A stretch of DNA of 32,466 nt from an uncultured Clostridia bacterium (lineage in GTDB: Bacteria; Bacillota; Clostridia; Christensenellales; Aristaeellaceae), in contig CAMNCR010000189.1 of NCBI GenBank assembly GCA_946534455.1, forward strand, positions 1 through 32,466, written 5' to 3'. Numbering within the stretch: position 1 is the first letter of the stretch; the number at the start of each line of letters is the position of its first letter. The position numbers and the translations under genes are program-made. This document shows positions 23,536 through 32,466 of the stretch, piece after piece. A model generated the notes under the pieces. That model was not told where the DNA came from. It saw only the letters and a list, made by a program, of their open reading frames with translations, and ran no database searches.

Positions 23536-25356
23536 TCAGGGTTGATGGGCCGGTGATTCGCTGCCGGGCAGCCAGGTGCCGGGTTCAAAGGGCAGCATGT
23601 AGGCGTTGGCCTGCAGCCTGCGCTTTTCCGCGAGGGCGGGATTATCCTCATTTTTGCCGTTGCGGTAGCGGAAGCAGATCGCGTCCAGCGATTCGGGACG
23701 GTGGATGCCGAAGCCCTGCACCAGATCGCAGCCGATTTCCCGCAGGAAGGCGGCCTGGGCATCGGTCTCCATGCCCTCCGTCAGCGTATAAACGCCCATT
23801 TCATGGGCCAGCTGCACCATGGCGCGGAGAATTTTCCGGTTCGCTCCGCCGTGATCATCCAGATGGCTGAGCATCTCCTTATCGAACTTGACCAGATCCA
23901 CGTCCAGCCGGCTGAACACATTCAGGGAGGAATAGCCGCTGCCGAAGTCGTCCAGCCAGATGCCGTATCCCCGCCTGCGCAGCTCCCGGATCTGGGCATG
24001 GAAGGATTCCCTGCCGATGGCCATGTCCTGCTCCGTGATTTCCAGAATGAAGAAGCTTTTCCCGATGCCGTACCGGGCGATGTCAGCCTGCGCCAGGATC
24101 CGGTCCAGCTCGTCCGGCACGTTCAGATAGTCAAAATCCTGGGCGGAGAAGTTGACGGACACCGGCATCAGCGGAAGCCCGCACGCCACGCGCTGCTGAA
24201 CCTCCCGGCACACCTGTCCGAACATGTACAGATCCAGCTGATGGAGCAGGTGATACTTTTCCAGCGTGGGAATGAACTCGGCGGGGGAGATGATGCCGCG
24301 ATTGGGATCGATCCAGCGGGCCAGCGCCTCGAAGGCGGCGACCTTCTGGCTGCTGGCCCAGACGATCTTCTGATAATAGACGCGGATCCATTCCTTCTCC
24401 AGGGCGGTGGAGAAGTTTTCCACGATGTAGCGCTGATTCCAGTAGAGCTCATCCGCCTCCTGCGCGTAAAAGCGGCAGATTTCGTTCAGATCGGTGCCCA
24501 GGCGCTTCAGGGCGTGCTTGGCATGATCCACGGCCTTGGTGGTCAGAGAATCCTGCTCGTAAATATAGATGCCGGCCTGAATCCCCGTGGTATTGCCATA
24601 GGCGTTGGTCTTGATGGCTTCATTCACCTCGCGAATCCGCCGGACCAGCGATTCCCGGGAATCCAGCGGGCAGATGAGGATGAAATGGTCGTCCGCCCCG
24701 CGCATGACCAGCTCATGGGCAAAGGTTTCCCGCAGGCAGCGGGCGGTGAGCGTCAGCAGATCGTTTCCGCGGGAAAAGCCGTACTGATTGTTATAGGACT
24801 GCATGGAGTTGACATCCAGATACACCAGAACCGGGGTTTCCCCCCGCAGGCGGAGCGCATGCACGCGCTCATCGGCAAACTGGTGGAGGTAGTTGATGTT
24901 GGGCAGCCCGGTCAGCGGGTCGTTGTAAAACTGGTCCTTCTGAAAAAGCTTATACTTGTCGGACAGCAGGGAAATCATATCCTCGCTGTCCGTCACATCC
25001 AGATAGACCAGCACGCCCAGCTCTGCCCCATTCGGCATGTACTGCCACTGGCCCACGGCGTGAATATAATGATATCCGTCCGCGTGCAAGCAGCGGAACA
25101 GCAGATTGTAATCGCTTTTATGCTGGGCAAAGGCCTCTGTCGTGCGCACGACAACCCCCACGTCATCCGGATGCATGCGCTCGTAGCGGCTGGCATGCAG
25201 CCAGGAGCGCATGTTCTCCCGACTCATCTGAACCAGATTGCAGAAGCCATCCGAATAGAGGATGGGTACAATTTCCTCCTCGACCTGCTGATAGAAGACG
25301 ATGGGAACAGGGAGCGCTTCATAAGCCCTGCGGATCTCCTCGGGGAACGAATACAT
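23536..25356 (-). CDS. PAS-GGDEF(degenerate)-EAL protein, probable c-di-GMP phosphodiesterase
   Basis: PAS-like MHPDD, DPLTGLPN, A-site GADDHF instead of GGDEF. Intact EAL motifs: FEALARW, SVN, EITE, DDFGSGYSS, K.D, EG.E, QG. GAGGAG RBS favours ATG 25356. Confidence 0.9.
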   Translation of the reverse strand: MYSFPEEIRRAYEALPVPIVFYQQVEEEIVPILYSDGFCNLVQMSRENMRSWLHASRYERMHPDDVGVVVRTTEAFAQHKSDYNLLFRCLHADGYHYIHAVGQWQYMPNGAELGVLVYLDVTDSEDMISLLSDKYKLFQKDQFYNDPLTGLPNINYLHQFADERVHALRLRGETPVLVYLDVNSMQSYNNQYGFSRGNDLLTLTARCLRETFAHELVMRGADDHFILICPLDSRESLVRRIREVNEAIKTNAYGNTTGIQAGIYIYEQDSLTTKAVDHAKHALKRLGTDLNEICRFYAQEADELYWNQRYIVENFSTALEKEWIRVYYQKIVWASSQKVAAFEALARWIDPNRGIISPAEFIPTLEKYHLLHQLDLYMFGQVCREVQQRVACGLPLMPVSVNFSAQDFDYLNVPDELDRILAQADIARYGIGKSFFILEITEQDMAIGRESFHAQIRELRRRGYGIWLDDFGSGYSSLNVFSRLDVDLVKFDKEMLSHLDDHGGANRKILRAMVQLAHEMGVYTLTEGMETDAQAAFLREIGCDLVQGFGIHRPESLDAICFRYRNGKNEDNPALAEKRRLQANAYMLPFEPGTWLPGSESPAHQP

Positions 25357-25505
25357 TTGGTTTTCTCCTCTCTGAATGAAAAGCATATCAGTCAGAAATC
25401 ACCCGTATTGTAAACCAGGCGGGGGAGAAAAGCAAGATGAAACCCGGAAAAGGCAGGAGGAGGGAAACTGTCCGAAACGGCCTGCTTCGTACCAGAAAAA
25501 GACGC

Positions 25506-25534
25506 TTGACAAGGGTTGGGAAGGGGCATATGAT
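25506..25534 (+). promoter_or_regulatory. SigA promoter for the MATE gene
   Basis: TTGACA (25506-25511), 17-bp spacer, TATGAT (25529-25534). Confidence 0.8.
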
Positions 25535-25651
25535 GCCTGCGGCCCGGATTTCCCCGGCTTTCGGAGCGGCCGGAGGCGGGAAGCGGGCGGGCATCGGAAG
25601 AGAACGGACGGAGGGATGCCCGCGGGACCGGGCCGGAAACGGGAGGAACCT

Positions 25652-27088
25652 ATGTCGCGTACCATGACGCGTGATTTAACGGAAGGGAAACCGATGAAGC
25701 TGGTGGTTTCCTTTGCCTTGCCCCTGCTGTTCGGCATGTTGTTTCAGCAGTTTTACAGCTTCGTGGATACGGCCATCGTGGGCCGCTATCTGGGTGCGGA
25801 AAAGCTGGCCGCGGTCGGCGCCACCGGATCGGTGAACTTTCTGATCGTCGGCCTCTGCCTGGGGCTGTGCTCCGGGTTCGCCATTCCGATCGCCCAGGCC
25901 TTCGGCGCCCGGGACGAGGCGGAGGTTCGCCGGAACGTGTGGCATGCCGTCGTGCTCAGCGCGGGCATGAGCATCCTCTTTGCCGTCGCGGCGACGCTGC
26001 TGTGCAGGCCGCTGCTTCGGCTGATGAACACGCCGGAGGAGATCATCGCGGATTCGGCCCGGTATATCGGCATCATCTTCGCGGCCATTCCCTGCTGCGT
26101 GCTGTACAACATGGCCAGCGGCATTCTCCGCTCCCTGGGGGACAGCCGCACGCCGGTGCTCTTCCTGGTCCTGGCCTCGCTGATCAACATCGTGCTGGAT
26201 CTTTTCCTGATGCTGGTCTGCGGCATGGACGTGGCGGGCGCGGCCGTGGCGACGGTGATCAGCCAGCTGCTTTCCGGCATCGGCTGCGTCGTGGTCATGG
26301 TGCGCCGCTTCCCCATCCTGCGGCTGAGCGCGGAGGACCGGCGCTTCTCCTGGAAACGCGCGCGGGGCATGCTGGGCATCGGCCTGCCCATGGGGCTCCA
26401 GTTTTCCATCACGGCCATCGGCTCCGTCATGGTGCAGTGGTCGGTGAACGGGCTGGGCGTGGACGCGGTGGCCGCGGTCAGCGCCGCGGGCAAGATCAGC
26501 ATGTTCTATTGCTGCGTGTTTGACGCGCTGGCCTCCACCATGGCCACCTTCTCGGGCCAGAATATCGGCGCGCGCAAGCTGAACCGGGTGCGGGAGGGAC
26601 TGAACGCCGCGGGAAAGATCGGCGTGGTGTACTGCCTGCTGGCCTTCGGCACCGTGCTGCTCTTCGCCCGCCAGATGCTGAGCCTTTTTGTGGATCCGGG
26701 GGCCGCGCCGCAGGTGATGGAGCGGGCCGTTCAGTTTCTGCGGATCAACGCGGCGTTCTATATTCCGCTGCTGTACGTGAACATCGTGCGGCTGTGCATT
26801 CAGGGCATGGGGTACACCCGCGTGGCCATGTTTGCGGGTCTGTTTGAGATGGTGGCACGGACGGCGGTGGCGCTGCTGATCGTGCCGGTGTCCGGCTTTA
26901 CCGGCGCCTGCTTTGCCAATCCCGCTGCCTGGATCATGGCGGATCTCTTTCTGTTCCCCTGCTATTCTCATATCATGAAGACCCTGCCGGGCAGGCTGCT
27001 GCCGGGAGAGGAGCCCGGAACCGGGTCGGGGGACGAGGGGCGGAGGGACAGGCCCATTCATCTGCTTCGGAGTCGGAAAGCGGCATAA
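25652..27088 (+). CDS. MATE family efflux transporter
   Basis: DLTEGKP...FALP...FQQFYSFVDTAIVGR, LRSLGDSRTP, NIVLD and QNIGA. GGAGG RBS before ATG 25652. Confidence 0.94.
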   Translation: MSRTMTRDLTEGKPMKLVVSFALPLLFGMLFQQFYSFVDTAIVGRYLGAEKLAAVGATGSVNFLIVGLCLGLCSGFAIPIAQAFGARDEAEVRRNVWHAVVLSAGMSILFAVAATLLCRPLLRLMNTPEEIIADSARYIGIIFAAIPCCVLYNMASGILRSLGDSRTPVLFLVLASLINIVLDLFLMLVCGMDVAGAAVATVISQLLSGIGCVVVMVRRFPILRLSAEDRRFSWKRARGMLGIGLPMGLQFSITAIGSVMVQWSVNGLGVDAVAAVSAAGKISMFYCCVFDALASTMATFSGQNIGARKLNRVREGLNAAGKIGVVYCLLAFGTVLLFARQMLSLFVDPGAAPQVMERAVQFLRINAAFYIPLLYVNIVRLCIQGMGYTRVAMFAGLFEMVARTAVALLIVPVSGFTGACFANPAAWIMADLFLFPCYSHIMKTLPGRLLPGEEPGTGSGDEGRRDRPIHLLRSRKAA

Positions 27089-27093
27089 CACAA

Positions 27094-27123
27094 AGAGGGG
27101 ATCGCGCGAGCGCGATCCCCTCT
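27094..27123. terminator. Hairpin terminator between convergent MATE and hsp20
   Basis: AGAGGGGATCGCG-cgag-CGCGATCCCCTCT. Confidence 0.8.
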
Positions 27124-27133
27124 GTTCATTGGA

Positions 27134-27595
27134 TTACCCTTCAATCAGAATGGTTTTCTTTTCCTCCACCTTCTTTGCGTCCTGCTTCGGCAGGGTCAGA
27201 TGCAGCACACCGTCCTCAAAGCGGGCCTTGATATCCTCCTCCCGCACATGCTCCCCGACGTAGAAGCTCCGGGACATGGCGCCGGCGTACCGCTCCTGGC
27301 GGAGCATCTTGCCTTCCTTGTTCTCTTCATTCCGCTCCAGGGATTTCTGCGCGGAGATGGTCAGGTTGCCGTCGTGCAGCTCCAGATGCAGCTCATCCTT
27401 CTTGAAGCCGGGCAGATCCACATCCAGCTCGTAGCCGGTTTCGGTTTCCTTGACGTCCGTCTTCATCATGTGCTGCGCGTTCTTGCCGTACAGCGCCTGC
27501 TCAGGCTGCCAGAAGCCGCGGAAGAAATCACGGTCGAAGTTGTTAAACATATCCATCAGGTTTTCACTAAACAGCGTCGGAAGATAAGTACTCAT
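27134..27595 (-). CDS. Small heat-shock protein (Hsp20/alpha-crystallin family)
   Basis: MKTDVKE...DLPGFKK, RQERYAG.MSRSF, A.FEDGVL.LTLPK. GGAGGT RBS before ATG 27595. Confidence 0.95.
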   Translation of the reverse strand: MSTYLPTLFSENLMDMFNNFDRDFFRGFWQPEQALYGKNAQHMMKTDVKETETGYELDVDLPGFKKDELHLELHDGNLTISAQKSLERNEENKEGKMLRQERYAGAMSRSFYVGEHVREEDIKARFEDGVLHLTLPKQDAKKVEEKKTILIEG

Positions 27596-27707
27596 ATTAC
27601 AGACCTCCATTCAGTCAAGGATTGTTTTATTTCGATGGGCGCTTCCCCGAGTCCGGTGAGGCTCCCGTGGTCTTTCGCACCGCCCCGCTCTCTCAAGCGC
27701 TGATTAT

Positions 27708-27769
27708 AGTATAGTCAAAAGTCAAAGAAAGTCAAAAAATAGAATAGTCAGAAAAGGTCAGATAGTCGG
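27708..27769 (-). promoter_or_regulatory. hsp20 promoter overlapped by CtsR-type heptad direct repeats
   Basis: Plus-strand repeats AGTCAAA-AGTCAAA-gaa-AGTCAAA and AGTCAGA-aaa-GGTCAGA match the CtsR consensus RGTCAAA-NAN-RGTCAAA. Candidate minus-strand promoter: TTGACT (27735-27730) with -10 TATACT or TACTAT. Confidence 0.75.
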
Positions 27770-27830
27770 AATGCGATGCACTTTTCGGCTAAAAGCTCTG
27801 AAAATCATCAAAATTCTTCGTATTTCAAAC

Positions 27831-27864
27831 AAAATAAAAAGCCGGGAGGCGAGGGCCTCCCGGC
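27831..27864 (-). terminator. Intrinsic terminator of the sugar ABC operon
   Basis: GCCGGGAGGC-gagg-GCCTCCCGGC with an adjacent A-run that is a U-tail on the minus strand. Confidence 0.85.
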
Positions 27865-27881
27865 AGGGAAGGGACGGAGGA

Positions 27882-28970
27882 CTATTCCTTTCTGAACTTC
27901 AGCCAGGAGGGCAGGGTCAGCCTGCCCTTGCCGCGCCGGCTGAGCACGACGCTCTGCAGCATGATGAACAGCCCCAGCATGGCGCCGTTGGCCATTTCCT
28001 GCCACCAGGAGTCGTTCAGGGGGCTCAGGGCGATGATCTTCTGAATCGTAGCCAGGATCATGGCGCCGAAGAAGGTGCCGATCACATTGCCCACGCCGCC
28101 CGTCAGCAGGGTTCCGCCGATGATGGAGGCGGCGATGGCGTCCATCTCGCTGCGCATGGCGACGCTGGCGTTTCCGGCAGGCTTATGCATCAGGAAGACG
28201 AAGCCGGCCAGGCCGCTGAGCAGGCCGCTGAGCACATAGGACAGGAAACGGGTCCGCTTGACGTTGATGCCCAGGGTCAGGGCGCTGGCCTGATTGCCGC
28301 CGATGGCGTAGATGTTTCTGCCCAGGCGGGTGTAGCGCAGCATCAGATAGACCAGGAGCACGATCAGCACGGCCACAATCGCGCCGATTTCCAGCTTGGC
28401 GGGAATCAGGTTGCCGTTCTTGGCCGTGTAGCCCAGGAAGGGAATCTGCAGCTTGGTTTTGACCAGCTCAGTGAAGCTCTCATGGGCCACCTTGACCGGG
28501 TTGACGGAGAGGATGGTGGTCAGTCCCCGGGAGAGGAACATGCCGGCCAGCGTGACGATGAAGGGCTGGATTTCCAGGTAGCTGATCAGCGCGCCCTGCC
28601 CGATGCCGAAGAGCAGTCCGATGCCCAGCGCCAGCAGGAAGGTCAGCAGGATGCTGAGGGGTCCGCCGTCGCCCTGGGTGTTCAGGAACAGGGCGCAGGC
28701 CATGACGGTCAGCCCGATGACGCCGCCCACGCTGATATTGATGCCGCCGCCGATCATGACGATGGTCAGGGCGCAGGAGATGATGATCAGGGCCGCGTTG
28801 TCATTCAGCAGATCGAAGAGCTGCTGAGTCTTCAGGAAGCCGCCTCCCAGGAACAGCATGGCGGCCGCGTACATGAAAACGAAGATGCAGATGCTGATGG
28901 TCATCAGCAGCTGGGCGTCCGTGAGCGGTTCACGGCGACGGACGCTGCCGGAGGATTTCAGGACGGACAC
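27882..28970 (-). CDS. yjfF: Monosaccharide ABC permease, YjfF-like
   Basis: GGINISVG, IQPFIVTLAGMFLSRG, TRLGRNIYAIGGN..SA..LG, EMDAIAASIIGGTLLTGGVG. Confidence 0.8.
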   Translation of the reverse strand: MSVLKSSGSVRRREPLTDAQLLMTISICIFVFMYAAAMLFLGGGFLKTQQLFDLLNDNAALIIISCALTIVMIGGGINISVGGVIGLTVMACALFLNTQGDGGPLSILLTFLLALGIGLLFGIGQGALISYLEIQPFIVTLAGMFLSRGLTTILSVNPVKVAHESFTELVKTKLQIPFLGYTAKNGNLIPAKLEIGAIVAVLIVLLVYLMLRYTRLGRNIYAIGGNQASALTLGINVKRTRFLSYVLSGLLSGLAGFVFLMHKPAGNASVAMRSEMDAIAASIIGGTLLTGGVGNVIGTFFGAMILATIQKIIALSPLNDSWWQEMANGAMLGLFIMLQSVVLSRRGKGRLTLPSWLKFRKE

Positions 28971-30050
28971 TCAGGCCACCTCCTTTCCGGCGGTCCCGGC
29001 GGAGCCGGAGCGAAGCCGGTTCCACAGGGCGGTCAGCCGCGCCTTGACCACCGGCGAGCCCGCCACCACGATGACGATGATCACGATGGCCTTGTAGGCC
29101 TTGACGTTGACCGTGGCCACGTTCATGGCGTACAGCGTCGTGGTCAGCATCTGGATGATATAGGCGCCGAGGATGCTCCCGCTCAGGCGGAAGCGGCCGC
29201 CGCCCAGGTTGTTGCCGCCGATGGCAACCGCCAGAATGGCGTCCATTTCAATATCCACCAGGATCGTCTTATGGCTCAGGTTGCCCAGCCGGGCCACCCC
29301 GATCACCGCCGCGATGGCGACGCAGATGCCCAGGAGGCCGAAGCTGAGGAGCTTGGTGGCCACGGGGTTGATGCCGTTGAGCCGGGCCGCGCCCTGGTTG
29401 ATGCCCACGGTCTGGGAATACAGCCGGGTGTTGGTCAGGCGGAAGATGAGCGCCAGCAGCAGGCCGACCAGCACCACCGCGAAAATGGGCGTGGGCACGG
29501 GAATGCCCGGAATGGTCATGCCCATGGCGCTGATGATGGGGCTGTTGATCTGGGGCGTCGCGTCTCCGTTGATCCAGTAGGCGATGGAGCGGCCGCAGGA
29601 ATAGAGGATCAGGGTCGCGATCATCGGCTGGATGCGGAAGACGGCCACCAGCGTGCCGTTGAACATCTTGAACAGGATGGTGACCACGCAGCAGGCGAGG
29701 ATGCCCAGAATCACCACGCCGACGTTGATGCTCGCAAAGCCGAGAACGACCTTGACGAAGATCGCGCCCGCGATGGCGCCCACGGCGCCGACGGAAATAT
29801 CCTGGCCGCCGCAGGAGGCGGTCACCAGGGTCATGCCCATGGAGATGATCGCCAGCTCGCTGGCGCTGTCAATGATGCTGATCAGGTTGCCGCTGAGCAC
29901 CGGGTTGCCGGCGTTGTTGGTGGCCATGCTGATGCTGAAGAAGGACGGATCGCGGAAGAGGTTGAAGAGCACCAGCAGCGCGAGGGCGACCAGCGGAATG
30001 ATCAGCTGGCCGAGGCCGGAGGTTCCGCGGCCCTTGACGGAAGAACGCAT
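28971..30050 (-). CDS. ytfT: Monosaccharide ABC permease, YtfT-like
   Basis: GMTLV...GGQDISVGAV, IQPMIATLIL, VGIN..AARL.GI, EMDAILAVAIGGN.L.GGRF. GGAGGTG RBS before ATG 30050. Confidence 0.8.
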   Translation of the reverse strand: MRSSVKGRGTSGLGQLIIPLVALALLVLFNLFRDPSFFSISMATNNAGNPVLSGNLISIIDSASELAIISMGMTLVTASCGGQDISVGAVGAIAGAIFVKVVLGFASINVGVVILGILACCVVTILFKMFNGTLVAVFRIQPMIATLILYSCGRSIAYWINGDATPQINSPIISAMGMTIPGIPVPTPIFAVVLVGLLLALIFRLTNTRLYSQTVGINQGAARLNGINPVATKLLSFGLLGICVAIAAVIGVARLGNLSHKTILVDIEMDAILAVAIGGNNLGGGRFRLSGSILGAYIIQMLTTTLYAMNVATVNVKAYKAIVIIVIVVAGSPVVKARLTALWNRLRSGSAGTAGKEVA

Positions 30051-30051
30051 G

Positions 30052-31560
30052 TTACTGTTCACCTCCCGCAATGGTTTTCATGACGGTTGCCTGGTTCAGG
30101 TCGGATCCCGTCAGCTCGCCGACGATTTTCCGGTCCCGCATGACGATCAGCCTGGAGCATACGCGCAGCATTTCCTCGATTTCCGAGGAGATGAAGGTCA
30201 CGCTCATGTGCTGCTCCTCGGCCAGCTGCAGCACCAGCTTCTGAATTTCCAGCTTCGTGCCGACGTCGATGCCGCGGGTCGGCTCATCGAGAATCAGGAA
30301 GTCGGGATGGGTCAGGAGCCAGCGGGCCAGAATCACCTTCTGCTGGTTGCCGCCGGACAGGCTGCCGATGGGGGTATCCTGGCTGGCGGTCTTGATCTGC
30401 AGGGCCTTGATGTATTCATCCGCGAACTGCTCCATCTGGCTGCGGCTCATGGGATGGAAGAAGCCCTTCATGACCTGGAGCGCGAGAATGATATTGTCCC
30501 GGACGGACAGATCCGCGATGATGCCGTCGCGCTTCCGGTCCTCCGGCAGATAGCCGATGCTGGCTTTCATGGCGTCGTAGGGCTTGCTGATCCGCACGGG
30601 CTTGCCGTGAACCATGACCTTTCCGCCGGTGACCCGGTCGGCGCCGAAGATGGCGCGCACGCTCTCGCTCCGCCCGGAGCCCAGCAGCCCGGTGAAGCCG
30701 TTGACCTCGCCCTGGTGAATCATGAAGTCGAAGGGCCGGCTCTCCGTGCTGGAAAGCCCCTGCGCCTGGTAGACGACCTCGCTGCCGCTCAGGCTCTTGC
30801 GGCCGACCTCCTCCAGATCAGCCAGATCGTTCAGATCCTTGCCCATCATCTTGGCGACCAGCTCCACCTGCGGCAGATCCTGCACCACGTATTCACCGAC
30901 GAGCTCCCCGTTGCGCAGCACGGTGATGCGGTCGCTGACCGCGTACACCTGCTCCAGGAAATGGGTGACGAAGATGATGCCGACGCCCCTGCGCTTCAGA
31001 TCCCGCATGAGGCCGAAAAGCATTTCCACCTCTTTTTCGTCCAGGGAGGAGGTGGGCTCATCCAGGATCAGCACCTTGCACTGCATGTCCACCGCGCGGG
31101 CAATGGCCACCATCTGCTGCACCGCCAGGGAGCAGCGGGACAGCTCCTGCCGGGGCCGGGCAGGAATCCCCAGACTGTTCAGGATTTCCGCCGTCTTTTT
31201 CTCATATTCCTTCCAGTGAACGATCCTGTCCCCGGTTCTTCCGATGAACATGTTTTCCGCCACCGTCAGGTTGGGACAGAGGGTGATTTCCTGATAGACC
31301 GTGCTGATGCCGATCTTCTGGGCGTCCTGCGGGGAGCGGATGTGGGCTTCCTTCTCGCTTCCGTCCACATGGATGCTGCCGCCGTCCTTTTCATAAACGC
31401 CGGTCAGCACCTTGATCAGCGTGGATTTGCCTGCGCCGTTTTCGCCCATCAGCGCGTGTATTTCACCCTTGCGCAGGGTAAAGTCCACGTTGTTCAGCGC
31501 CCGCGTGCCCGGGAACTGCTTACAGATCCCGCGCATGGTCAGTACAACGTCATTTTGCAT
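30052..31560 (-). CDS. ytfR: Monosaccharide ABC ATPase with tandem NBDs, YtfR-like
   Basis: [50 protein letters not shown]. Confidence 0.88.
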   Translation of the reverse strand: MQNDVVLTMRGICKQFPGTRALNNVDFTLRKGEIHALMGENGAGKSTLIKVLTGVYEKDGGSIHVDGSEKEAHIRSPQDAQKIGISTVYQEITLCPNLTVAENMFIGRTGDRIVHWKEYEKKTAEILNSLGIPARPRQELSRCSLAVQQMVAIARAVDMQCKVLILDEPTSSLDEKEVEMLFGLMRDLKRRGVGIIFVTHFLEQVYAVSDRITVLRNGELVGEYVVQDLPQVELVAKMMGKDLNDLADLEEVGRKSLSGSEVVYQAQGLSSTESRPFDFMIHQGEVNGFTGLLGSGRSESVRAIFGADRVTGGKVMVHGKPVRISKPYDAMKASIGYLPEDRKRDGIIADLSVRDNIILALQVMKGFFHPMSRSQMEQFADEYIKALQIKTASQDTPIGSLSGGNQQKVILARWLLTHPDFLILDEPTRGIDVGTKLEIQKLVLQLAEEQHMSVTFISSEIEEMLRVCSRLIVMRDRKIVGELTGSDLNQATVMKTIAGGEQ

Positions 31561-31611
31561 CTGGGGTTGCTCCTTCCCGGCTCCGGGTGTCCCGGAAGCC
31601 GCCTGATTCCT

Positions 31612-31662
31612 GTAAAGAAAGCGCGGTATGAACGCGCGCCCTGACGTTTGTTCATACCGCGC
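31612..31662 (-). terminator. Stem-loop after the sugar-binding-protein gene
   Basis: GCGCGGTATGAAC...GTTCATACCGCGC (13-bp stem), followed on the minus strand by TTTCTTTA. Confidence 0.7.
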
Positions 31663-31685
31663 CGGATTCCTTTGCGAAGAAAGGA

Positions 31686-32466
31686 TTACAGTCCGTAGGT
31701 GTCGATGTCTTCCTGGGTGATGGTGGTGGCGTCGAAGCCCTTCTCCACGGAGATGATCTGATTCAGCTCGTTCAGGCCTTCGATCTCGCCGCCGGCTTCC
31801 AGCGTCTTGATCATCTCATCGATGACCACCGCCTGGAAGGGGCTGCACTGTCCGTCGTAGTTCCACTCGCCGGCCAGCAGCTTTTCCAGCGCCCACTTGT
31901 TGCAGTCAAAGCCCATGATGATGACGTCGCCGTTCACGCCGTGGGTGATGCCGGCAGCATCCAGAGCGGCCACAACGCCGTCCGCCATGCCGTCGTTCTC
32001 AGCGTACACGATGTTGAACTTCTCACCGGCGTTGATCGCGGCTTCGGCGATCTTCCGGGCTTCGTTGGGATCCCAGCTGTCTCCGCCGGTGCCTTCGCGG
32101 ACGATGGTCCACTTGTCATCCGCGGCGACCTTCTCGGTCAGCGGATCGGAGCGGCCGATCTGCGCGGCGCTGCCCAGCTGGCCCTGAATATGCAGAATGT
32201 TGTACTCTTCCAGACCCAGGCTCTCCAGCCAGGCCACGGCGGTTTCGCCTTCCTGCCGCATGTCGGAAACGACAGCCGCGGTGTAGTTGGAAGGATCGGT
32301 CTCGATCATACGGTCAAACAGGAAAACCTTGATGCCGGCTTCCTTGGCTTCCTCCAGCACTTCGTCCCAGCCCGTGGTCTCGGCGGCGGAAACGAGGATG
32401 TAGGAAACTTCATCATTGATGAAGGTGCGGGCAGCTTCCAGCTGCTTATCGGCGGTGGGAGCGGTG
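31686..32466 (-). CDS. ytfQ: Sugar ABC substrate-binding protein, YtfQ (galactofuranose-binding)-like; 5' end outside the window
   Basis: Frame is open to the window edge: KQLEAARTFI...ETTGWDEVLEEAKEAGIKVFLFDR, G..GSAAQIGR, YAENDGMA, FD. Context is ytfR/ytfT/yjfF. Confidence 0.8.
   Translation of the reverse strand, partial: TAPTADKQLEAARTFINDEVSYILVSAAETTGWDEVLEEAKEAGIKVFLFDRMIETDPSNYTAAVVSDMRQEGETAVAWLESLGLEEYNILHIQGQLGSAAQIGRSDPLTEKVAADDKWTIVREGTGGDSWDPNEARKIAEAAINAGEKFNIVYAENDGMADGVVAALDAAGITHGVNGDVIIMGFDCNKWALEKLLAGEWNYDGQCSPFQAVVIDEMIKTLEAGGEIEGLNELNQIISVEKGFDATTITQEDIDTYGL

Noticed and set aside
21103-25413. 817-aa and 570-aa plus-strand ORFs
   Set aside because: They are antisense shadows of the GH3 and EAL genes.
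25376-25651. 92-aa N-terminal extension of the MATE ORF in the track
   Set aside because: It spans the promoter and leader. The RBS and family N-terminus support ATG 25652. Upstream extensions of the ORFs at 475, 9424, 14372, 17214, 18173 and 19122 were trimmed for the same reason.
27713-27769. Short repeats considered as a CRISPR remnant or iterons
   Set aside because: They are 7-bp units with no spacers and no cas or rep gene nearby. They are better explained as CtsR boxes.
27771-31644. 770-aa and 670-aa plus-strand ORFs
   Set aside because: They are antisense shadows of the sugar ABC genes.
460-31662. Intergenic GC-rich hairpins as a REP/MITE family
   Set aside because: The stems share no common sequence, and their positions fit ordinary terminators or stabilisers.

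Overview
High-GC bacterial chromosomal DNA. The SigA-type promoters, strong GGAGG RBSs, ECF-type ThiT and CtsR-like boxes point to a Clostridia-type Firmicute, possibly gut or rumen (inference). No mobile element, CRISPR array, rRNA or tRNA was seen. Gene order: 3' end of mgtE; a lone Wzx-type flippase; a divergent cytoplasmic glycoside-hydrolase-like protein; an unusual Opp/Dpp-type ABC operon; a DUF3048 protein back-to-back with a TPP-riboswitch-controlled thiT; apbE; a promoter-led cassette with two tandem [phosphodiester glycosidase (NAGPA family) + divergent Lgt-fold membrane protein] pairs followed by a ttcA-family gene; a domain-permuted GH3 beta-glucosidase and a PAS-GGDEF(degenerate)-EAL protein; a MATE transporter with a structured leader; hsp20 with CtsR-type repeats; and a ytfQRT-yjfF-like sugar ABC transporter. 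The Opp operon has an apparently circularly permuted binding protein, an OppC with an RCC1-like beta-propeller, an OppF with a ~185-aa helical insert, and two extra membrane genes, one of them missing from the ORF track. The two best candidates for undescribed systems are the NAGPA/Lgt-like tandem cassette and this remodelled Opp-type transporter. All family calls come from motifs recognised by eye, not from database searches.
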